Assembly: GCF_964188315.1 (NCBI RefSeq) | Contig: NC_135662.1 | Location: 868,001 to 932,000, forward strand | DNA: 64,000 nt | Origin: Podarcis muralis | Taxonomy: Eukaryota | Direction of reading: 5' to 3' | Shown: positions 55,100 to 64,000 of the stretch, piece after piece | How positions within the stretch are numbered: the stretch's first letter is position 1 | Layout of the letters: each line of letters begins with the position of its first letter | Notes under the pieces: model-generated | What the model was told of the DNA's origin: nothing | The model's database searches: none | What the model saw: the letters and a program-made list of their open reading frames with translations, nothing else | Translations under genes and position numbers: made by a program

Positions 55100-58000
55100 T
55101 GCTGATGAAGCCTTCACCTTGTAGCTGTTTTCTGCATTGTGTGGGGTGGAGAGGGGGAAGTAGGTAACATGGGGAGTGGAAACTGATAAAGCCACTGGCA
55201 ATGCAGAAAGAGAAGTGACTCCTTAGCAGTCAGGAGCATCAAATGAAATTGGCTAGAAGCAGGTTCAGGACTAACAAATAAGTGACCTGCAGAGTTCCTT
55301 GCCAACAGCTACTGGCGTGGCCATTGTTTTAAGAGGGAGGCTACCCACGGCTGGCAGGCTGGAGGCATCTGGTGCTGGGGACCAAATCCAGAGAGTGGCC
55401 ACCAGTATGGCTTGCCTGTGAGCATACCAGTTGGAGGGCTGGGGGCTAAGCAAAGCCCCCTGTGGCAGCGAGGTCGCCCTGTGCATTTGCTACTTCCAGC
55501 CCCGGCAGGAGAGGGCCATACAGACCACGCACTGCAACGCATCTGGAAGCATTCCCAAAGGCAACCTCCTTCCCGCCCCCAAATCTCTCTTGGTTCAGAC
55601 ACACCACTCTGGCCTCTTCTTGCGCCCAGTTACAAAACCTCAGCTGCAGTTAAGGTGTGATGAAGCTCTTAAATACTCAGTAAATAAAGACGTTTATGGC
55701 ATATGGAAAAATGGGGGGAGAGGAAAAGGGATAAAAATCCAGTCCTTGCTGTTCAGGCTGCTTCACCTCAGCCCTTTATTTACAGAGAGGAACCAACTGA
55801 CTGAGGTGCTGCACATCTGCAACCGTCCCAAAGAAAAGGGGAAAGTTGTGGGCTTGTGTGGGTGTGTAGACAAAGCGCCCCACACAGCCTTTGTTTTCCT
55901 ATCAGAGTAAAAGAGGCAGGGAGTCCAAGGAGCTTCAAGTGCCAAGACGGCTCCATCCACCTAAATATCAGACTCCAGCAGCTCTGGGTAGAACCACAAG
56001 CATCCCCTGGACGGTCCATTCCACCTTCACCCTCCCAGAAAGGCAAAGCAAGGGGGGCAGGTCTCCTTTTCGCAAACTCTCAGCCCATGAGGGGCAGAAA
56101 AGGAAGGGCAGCTGACAAGCGTGACTTTGCTGTGAAGACCATACATAGGATAGGCAAGGAAGCTGGTGCATAGAAGGGTGAGGCTCAGATCCCTTAAGCT
56201 GCTGAGCAAAGCAGCATGAGCAAGAATGACCGGGGCAGAGGGGGAAAGGCAGGCAGGCTGCTATGCCAGCTGGGACCTCTGCTCCTTTGACCCCCTCGTC
56301 TCGCATGCCCTCAGCTGTCTAGGGCACAAGGCTCGGCAACTGCCACATTCCAGCCAAGTTCTTCCTAACTGAAATGGTGTGTCATAAACAGATCCCCCAA
56401 CTGATCTAAGTGGTGTGAAGGAAGGAAGTAAGGAAGGAAGGAAGGAAGGAAGGAAGGAAGGAAGGAAGGAAGGTAGGTAGGTTTAGGACACTGCAAAACA
56501 AACATCTTTGCTATTTGTGGGGCACTGACAGAGAACACACTGCTTAAAAAGCAAGCTGTTTTAAAAAAAGTGGTGTAGCCCTGAATTCGCAGTGTAATTT
56601 CCAAATTGCTTTCACTCTCAGAGTTGCTGTCTTTGGGCTGAAATTGTTGAGAGAAGATTGTGCCTCTGAGACCCGTTATCACGCAAATTTAAAAGGTGCG
56701 TAAATCTACATTATTGGTCTATTTGATGAGCTCTTGGCTTCCGCATTTCAGAATGAGCAAATTCCTACACCCCATGAACCCAAAGCTGAGAGTTCAAAAT
56801 GCCCAAGCTAAGGGGATTTGAGCATGTGGTGAGGGCAGGGCCACAGCTTCCTAGCAGCCAAATTCTTAAGGCTTCTTGGGGCAGAAAGCGCAGAGCAGCA
56901 GCCTCAAAGCTGTTCCAAAAAGCTCAGCCCACTCCAGCCTATGTGCAGATCCCCACATAAAGCAATGTAGAACAAGGGGAAGAAAAAGCAAGGAGCAACT
57001 TGCTTTCACGAGGGTGTTGGCGGAAGAATGCTCTTGACATTCTGGGGGAGCAGCATGTTGGATAGGTGGGCATGCATGTGGCACATGGGAACAGAGAGGC
57101 CTCCAGACTCAGTCAAGGAACTCTGGAGGAAGCTGGGGAAAGGCACCTTCTTGAGTTTCAGCAGCGTGAAAAGGGAGATTTGCAACAGAAACTAAATCTG
57201 TAAACTTATCTGTGAGGCAGGGGGACTTCAAAAGGTCATGGAAGAGGAAGCTCCACCCCGAACAATAGAGGGGGAGATACAGGTCAGGAAAAGTGACCAT
57301 CTCTAGCACCCCACTGGCTTTTGCCTTAATACTTTGCCAAACATTTCCTGTGCAGAGCAAACCTCCTTCTACAGTGGTGCCCCGCAAGACGAATGCCTCG
57401 CAAGACGAAAAACTCGCTAGACAAAGGGTTTTCCGTTTTTCGAGTCGTTCCGCAAGACAAATTTCCCTATGGGCTTGCTTCGCAAGACGAAACGTCTTGC
57501 GAGTTTGTTTCCTTTTTCTTAAAGCCGCTAAGCCGTTAATAGCCGCTAAGCCGCTAAGAGCCGCTAAGCCGCTAATAGCTGTGCTTCGCAAGGCGAAAAA
57601 ACCGCAAGACGAAGAGACTCGCGGAACGGATTAATTTCGTCTTGCGAGGCACCACTGTACTATTATCAACTGATCTGCTAAACACAAGCTTGCCCCATCG
57701 CAACAGCCTAGTTATGGCGGTGCAAGAAGTCATTTCTCCACTCTTCTAAAAAGAGACCGAGGTGGCATTTCTTAGCTTATCAATTAATTCAATCTGAAAT
57801 AGACAAACAATGATTAAAACTCAACTTAAAAAAAAAAAAAAAGCTGGGAGAATTGAGGAATGTCCCTATGGAGAAGTGCAGAGGTTGAGTGCAATTTATT
57901 TGCAATTAATGACGTGGAAGAAGGGAAATGCTGAGAAGCAGCCTGGGAGGAAGGCTTTTGATTCTCTCTGCTGTAGGGGTGCTCAAATGCTATGCAGAGG

Positions 58001-61000
58001 AAGCAAAAGTGGAGCGAATGCCCTCAATTTGTACTCTTATGGGCATTTTACTGCTAACATTGTTGATACTGCCATATTCCTGTGAGATCTGTCTATGTCC
58101 GACCCAGCAAGTCGCCTGTTTTTCACTGGGGATGCCTGAAAAGTTAAAGGTAGCAGCACAGACACAACGGGGAAGAGTAGCCTAATCCGTGGCAGCGTCT
58201 CCCGTCTCCCTAAGTCAGAGACTGCTGCCCTCTTTCTTCTTCTTTGCATGGAGAGAAAAGTGAAGGAGCAGTTTCTTAATCCCACTGAATTGCTTTCTTG
58301 CTGCCCTGAGCGTGGGTGGAGATGGCGGCTGCTAGTTGAGAAGATGGATGCGAAGACACCAAGTGGCTTTTTGGTGTCTTTGCTTTGTGGAACAGAAGCA
58401 GCAGCAGCCTGAGACTCACTGCCTGCCTGGCCCAGTATGGTCCACTCTAGTTGGCAGTGGCTTCTCAGGATCTGGAGCGGGTGGTAGGTCTCCCTTCTCC
58501 ATCCCCTCCTATCTAACCTTTTTACCTGGAGATGCCCGTAAGGTTTCGAACCTGGAGCCTTCTCCATACATGGTGCTGTACCACTGAGCTCCAGTTTCCC
58601 ACCCACCCGGAAGGAAGGGAAAAGAGCAAGTTAGAAGTGTGTCAGGGGCATTCACAGGAGCCAAGACTTATAGAGGCTGGTTCAAAGAAAGGCCAAGTCC
58701 TCCCCTTTGTCCCACTGGCTCCTTCAACTTGTGTCCCCTATGCAGTCCAGCCTTGCCAATACTTTCCTGGGGCAAACTGCCCTTTGACCTGATCTTCAGG
58801 GCTCCACCTTCCAGCCCACCGTTGCTGCTGCCTCTCCCATCATGCCAACTAGGGACGACTGACGGAGGGGAAGTGCAGGCAGATACACTAGGAATGGAAC
58901 AGCCCTACACTTGCCATGTACACGTCCCTACGCCGCTTCCCCCCCCCCCCTTCACATAGAGCTGCTCTCCTGCTGTGAAGAAACACAACTGGCAGCTACC
59001 AGTGATTTTAGAGGACCACCACCTCTTTCACTGGCTGTGGCAGCTGCCACTTGCCCCGACATGCATCAATGCAGGAGCGGACCACAGGTGTACGTGGTCC
59101 AGCATCCTGTTCCCCACAGTGGCAAGAGGGTTTTTAAGAGCATTTTATTTATTTCTAAAGTGCACGCCCTGTGCCTTCAGTGCCAGTCGCCATGCCTAGG
59201 GAGGCTTATAAACCAGTCCCCAAGGAGGAGGTGAGCTTGTCCACCCTGAACCTCCCACCAATTGGCTGACCTGATCCATGGAAAGCAGAGGGTAGAAAGC
59301 TCTGAGGGAGGAGAGGGCACCTTGCATGTGTTACTGGGAATGGATTGCTAAATTAAAGGCTGCGGCTAGATCTATTTAGCTACACTCAAGTAACGGCACG
59401 TTCATCAACAAGGCAATGAAGCAGAGCAAACTGTAATGGCGTGGGTCGCCATTTTGAAGCATCCTTTCAAAATGTTTGATAAACGCGCTGAGGCACTGCC
59501 TGCTGGCCAGAGCAAAAATGTGGGGTGTTTTTGTACTGGCCACACATGCAAAATGTGGCATCTGCATCAAGCATGAGGGGCACCCGTACCTGTCTCTTGC
59601 CATTTCAAATGGTGTTGTGGTTTGGGGTTTTTTTCCTTAGTAGAGGGGCTGGGTTCTCCCCAGCAAACTGGCACGACTGCTGTTGAAGTTGCTGGCCCAA
59701 GTTCACAGAGATAGTCGGGTGGTGGGGAGATTGGTGTCAACACAAGGCTGTAATGCCACGTTGCCCCTCATTTCAGAGATACAAACAGACTTTTTATTTG
59801 TATTTTTATGCCACCCAATTAACCATGCCCCTTGGGCAGTCCACAGATTTTTAAAAACCAACAAAACACAAAGCAGAAAGAACTGGCCCCCAAAGCCATC
59901 GTGCAAGCAGTACTCCGTGAGGCACTTTTCAGCAGCAAAAAGTGCAAGCGCAGCCTTCGAAGCAATTAAACTGGGCTGCTTTTTCCTTGCCACCTGATCT
60001 GACCTTTGACTCTTTTGAGCCACAACATATTCTAGCATCTCTCTGCAACAATAAAGGAGGTTGGGGTGTTGGGGAGAGATAAAGTATTGGGGCTTCTCGG
60101 AATGCAAAGAGCAGTTTGTGGGCTGTAGCAGGACAGGATGCCTTCACTGCCTTTTGGCTGTCCCTGGTTCCCTGAGAGGAGGCTGAGGGACGGGAAGAGT
60201 CTCTTTCTCTTGGGCGATCTCTCATAGTTGAGTAAGATTGCCTTCCATAAGCATGGTGTTAACAGTGAGTCCATAAGTGACTGTGGAGGCCAGTTCTGGA
60301 TCCACACTTCCTTCCACAGTGGGGACATAGGTTTCCAGGTGGGAGCTGATCACGGTGTGGATTTGCCTCTTAGCACGTTTCTCCCTTGCGGCCTGAGTTC
60401 AAGTGTCTTCAAAGTCTATGACACCTTTGGTAAAGGCTGTTCTCCAACTGGAGCGCTCGCAGGCTAGTGTTTCCCAGTTGTCAGTGTTTATACTACATTT
60501 TTAAAGATTTGCCTTGAGACACTCTTTAAACCTCTTTTGTTGACCACCAGCATTACGCTTTCCATTTTTAAGTTCAGAATAGAGTAGTTGCTTTGGAAGA
60601 CGATCATCAGGCATCCACGCAACATGACCAGTCCAACAGAGTTGATGTTGAAGAATCATTGCTTCAACACTGGTGAAGTCAATGGAAGCAAGCGCAGTTG
60701 GCTTGCTGAGGACTCCCCCAGCAAAGAACTGCGCTGTAACACCCCCCCCCAGCAGCTGTTTCTTTAAGAGCAGGAAAAGGCTGCCACTTTGAAGTCCCAG
60801 CTCAGCAGGGGGCTAAGTGGACTCAAAAGCTATAGAGGCAGCCGCACCTCCTAAGGTCTATGGGGGTCAGGCATTCAGGACAGGGAAGGGGGGAGGAGGG
60901 GGGGAGAGAAACAGCAAGACAGTGCTGCCCTCGCCCCCAGGCTGAGTGGGAGCTGCAAGAAAAGTCCAGGTCAGAAGTGAAAAGCAGGTTCCTATGTAAT

Positions 61001-63825
61001 GCTAATGTCTCAACAAGTGAATCTGATCTGCAAAAAATGTACCGTAACTTGAAAAAAGAGACATTGCACATACTTTTGCAAACCAAGAAATCTTTAATAA
61101 AAATATATTAAAAGAAGAAGAAGTGAAAAGCAGGGACAGAATAAGCAGCAAGCTTCCTGAAGATATAAAATAACTTTTTCACTGCCTCTTCAAATTCAGG
61201 TGTGATTAGAGCCACCAGGGAGCCAATTCCTTGAGCTCCACTCGCAGGAGGCCACTCTGAGAAACAGGGAAAGTGCCACGTGGGAATTCTCACTCATGTT
61301 AGTGATAGAAAAAGCAAAGCTTAACTAGTATGATGTGGAAAGGGAGAAATTGTGCAACAGGCAGCAGTTGCTTGCTTGACGCACTCAGCAAAAACCTTCC
61401 CCACCTCGTCCAAAGCAAGCACCTCTCCTGGAGGTTAGACGAAGCTCAGGAGCTCACTGTGGAAAGCCAGAAGTTAAAAGCATGAGCAAAGGCTGCTATG
61501 CCACGGTGAAGATGACCAGGGATGTGATTTTAAGAGCCACCTTCCCCATCTGGAACCCAAGGCGAACATCACACACAAGAGGCCCTCTGCCTTGTGCTTG
61601 CTAGCTCTCCATGGTGACGTGGCCTGTGGACCCAGTGGCTTCCTAGTCCACATAAACCCAAGGTGGATCAGGAGAGAGATAGGCAGCACTGCTGCTTAAT
61701 GCTGGGTAAAGGAGTCCTATTTGCACCTCCCACCCCCTGGCAAAATAGTATGGGGTGATTTTGCTGACCACCTTTTTACTTGTGCTTCCAAACTTTTGCA
61801 GATGGATGCCAGTTCATTAGAAGACCCCCTGTGACCTAAGAGTGCTACAGCACTGCCCCCCCAATCCATTCCCTCTTAAGCTCTAGCCACAGCACAGCGC
61901 ATATGGGGGGGGGGGGACTGAAGCAAGCAGAACCTAGCCAGTTAAAAGGCAGGAGAAGCTACTCCAGGGTCCTTCTGTCCCCTGCCACCCTTTCTTCCAG
62001 TGGCAAGAAGGGGGGGGGATGGGACCTGGAGGCCGGCTGTGCTGCTCTCTGCTTGGGGCAAGGCAGCAGCTTGGAGGGGCCTTTCCTGCCCTCCCCCCCC
62101 CAAAGATGGGCCTGCTCTGCAATCCCCTTAATTTACTGTTCCTGCTTAACTTAATGGCAGCGGAAAGGCAAGGTGATAGGGGAAAAAATATGAGGCGGGA
62201 TTTTCCGAATCCCCATTTCCTCTCCAGACAGCAAGAGAGCTCCTGGGGCCTGAACATCTGGGAAATTTAATTTTACCATTTCTGCGCTCCCCCCTCCTCC
62301 CCCCATCTCCCCTTTAACAAAGGATGAGGTTGCCTGTTACGGGTGGCTGTGGCAGCCAGGAAGCCATGCCGGGGTGCAGCGTGTGGTGCTGGGGAGAGGC
62401 ACCAGGCAGCTCCTTGAGAAGCAGAGGCCCCACTCACAGCACTCCCACATCCCACGTCGAAGCCCCAAGGAACCCCCCCCCCCCACTCTGCCCAGCATTG
62501 CCCAGGGTTTGCCACAATGGGCTGCTCGGCAGGCGACCCCAATCTTGCAAGAGATAACACGTGCTCTGTGTAGAAGGGACCTGCTTCTCTGGGCACTGGG
62601 TCTACTCAGAGTCTAAAGCTAGTCCTTTCCCAAATGGCGTAGTGTTGTGATCTATTCAGACCAAATGAGCCCTCCTGCGATCTGCATGCAGCAACAGAAA
62701 CAGATCCCACTGATGGAAAAAGGGCTCCTCTGTTTTAGCTGCAGAAGGAGGGAGGGGAATGGAAGATGAAATTTTGCAGCAGGAAACCAGATTTCAGCAC
62801 CCACAGAAAAATGAGTGCCGTGCTGTGAGCTAGAATCACTGAAAAACATGAAGTAACTGTGGTTGTGCTGACCAAGGTCTTGGATGTATTTTAAACATTT
62901 TATTTTATAAAGTTGTTGTTGTTTTTACGATCAAACAGTATATAAATTTTGTTAAACAAAGTAATAGTATAATAGCAGGAGAGGCTACATGGGAGAAACG
63001 GCCAGTGATTTGGGGTATGTGTGGAGGGAGGTACAGAAAGTGCCCCTGGGAAGCAAGGGGGGGGGGTTTGCAGGGCTAGAAAATGGGCCTGGCACAAGTG
63101 AGTTTTGGCCCAGCCTCTCGCTGGGTAGAAACAAGTGAAAAGCAGGACGGGCCATACGGAACCACGTGGCACCGGCTCTGAACAAATGACACTGACTGCC
63201 TGTTTGGTTCTGAGCCCCATTCAAGCTGCTGAGGCTTCATTTTAAAGATTTTAATGGCTTGGGCCCAAATACCTGAAGAAGCGCCTCTTCCTATATCAGC
63301 CTGGAGGGTTTTCTAAAGAAAAACTTGTGATCCATCATGGGGACTGGTATAGCTGGGAGAATGGTGCCCAGCTGTAAAATGGTGAAATGGTGCCCTTTGC
63401 ACTGAGAAAGGCGCAAACATTGTTACCGTCTTGGTGCCAGGTTAAAACTTTTTTTTGTTTTTTTTAATTGGCGATTGGTTTTTGTTTTTTTTAATTGGCG
63501 GTTGTTTAACATGCTCTTCAGTTTCAGACGAAGCTATTTGTCTTTGATGATGTGTTTTATAGTTGGTTGTTGCACTGTTCGCTATTTCATGCTCCAGAAC
63601 TAGTCCTGAAATCTGCGCAGATCGAGGGGCAGGTTATAAATATTTTTAATAAAGAGAGAAATAATGAGCAAAATCCCTTGTGCACCTGGCTGCTCTCTGG
63701 AGCTTTGGAACAGCCACACTTGCAGCTTGCGGTCCCAGGTGTGTTTGTCTAACTCTCTCTTCTTTTCCAACTCTGGCCCTCTGCAGAGTAAAGACCGAGA
63801 CAGGAAGTCGGCGATTCGGAGTTAA
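52566..63825 (+). CDS. SCX: Scleraxis bHLH transcription factor, two coding exons (52566-53096, 63787-63825), 189 aa, nested antisense in a BOP1 intron
   Basis: Exon 1 encodes [11 protein letters not shown]...[60 protein letters not shown]...[16 protein letters not shown], then donor GTAAGC at 53097. Exon 2 follows acceptor ctgcag at 63786 and encodes [15 protein letters not shown]. This C-terminus and the nesting in BOP1 identify SCX rather than TCF15/paraxis. Confidence 0.97.
54785..54912. other. Assembly gap (128 N) inside the SCX intron
   Basis: Run of n. Confidence 0.99.
55021..55098. repeat. (TAG)n/(TAA)n compound microsatellite
   Basis: Seen directly. Confidence 0.9.
56418..56472. 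repeat. (GAAG)n microsatellite
   Basis: Seen directly. Confidence 0.9.
57372..57657. mobile_element. Tc1/mariner (Tigger-like) MITE
   Basis: TA|cagtggtgccccgcaagacgaa ... ttcgtcttgcgaggcaccactg|TA. Internal gcaagacg and agccgcta repeats. Confidence 0.88.
58400..58590 (-). mobile_element. Squam2-like tRNA-derived SINE
   Basis: Reverse complement agctcagtggtacagcac...aaggctccaggttcgaa...ggcatctccaggta...gccactgccaact. Confidence 0.6.
60201..60680 (-). mobile_element. RTE-clade LINE 3' fragment (degraded, stops and a frameshift)
   Basis: Minus strand encodes [42 protein letters not shown]...[12 protein letters not shown] and a terminal [22 protein letters not shown]2H2-like motif. Confidence 0.8.
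63787..63825 (+). CDS. SCX: SCX coding exon 2 ([12 protein letters not shown])
   Basis: Pyrimidine tract and ctgcag acceptor, then AGT AAA GAC CGA GAC AGG AAG TCG GCG ATT CGG AGT TAA. Confidence 0.95.
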   Translation, partial: SKDRDRKSAIRS

Positions 63826-64000
63826 ATGATTATGGATTCAGGAAGGAGGAGGAGGAGGAGATTACGAGGGGAAAGATGGAAAAGCCACACGCGCAAAACA
63901 AAGACAGAATCTTCCGGCCTGTGCCTGGCTGCTGCTGCTGCTGCTGCTGCCACTGGGAGCCCTGTGGTTCTACCCAAGATGAACTTACGGCAGCCCATCC

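Noticed and set aside
59780-59870. AT-rich block with homeobox-like cores as an SCX intronic enhancer
   Set aside because: It reads like a decayed minus-strand L2/SINE tail (tttatttgtatttttatgccacc...gggcagtccaca).
53097-64000. Missing BOP1 5' exons (acidic region ending SDEE) inside this interval
   Set aside because: No matching minus-strand exon was found. They are expected beyond the SCX 3' end, outside the window.

Overview
Vertebrate genomic DNA from a squamate reptile, probably a lacertid lizard (inferred from Squam-type SINEs and reptile-type L1/L2/CR1/RTE repeats). It is the syntenic MROH1-BOP1-SCX locus. (1) MROH1 on +: 39 coding exons from 478 to 39223, about 1550 aa in the window, N-terminus upstream of the window. 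(2) BOP1 on -, convergent with MROH1: 13 coding exons from 47190 down to the stop at 40318, about 616 aa, with its 5' exons beyond the right edge. (3) SCX (scleraxis, bHLH) on +, nested in the large BOP1 intron: exons 52566-53096 and 63787-63825, 189 aa, with a 10.7-kb intron. Exon phases were checked by hand and give continuous reading frames. The introns are rich in mobile elements. The most notable is an apparently intact 3.8-kb L2 LINE with a stop-free 1010-aa APE-RT ORF, no ORF1, three tandem ~132-bp 5' monomers and a GNRA-capped 3' hairpin. There are also two antisense solo LTRs (one with a perfect 5-bp TSD), many L2/L1/CR1/RTE/Rex fragments, hAT and Tc1/mariner MITEs, and tRNA-derived SINEs. 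Other notable observations: a U12-type intron in MROH1; an MROH1 splice acceptor whose pyrimidine tract appears replaced by an L2 (ATT)n tail; a SINE with the same GAAA-loop tail structure as the L2; and a recurring (T/C)AATCC-N5-7-CATAAA motif in MROH1 introns that may mark long-range SCX enhancers. I found no CRISPR array, rRNA or true tRNA gene. I found no clear wholly new system; the findings are candidates to test. Comparisons with human proteins are from memory, not from a search.
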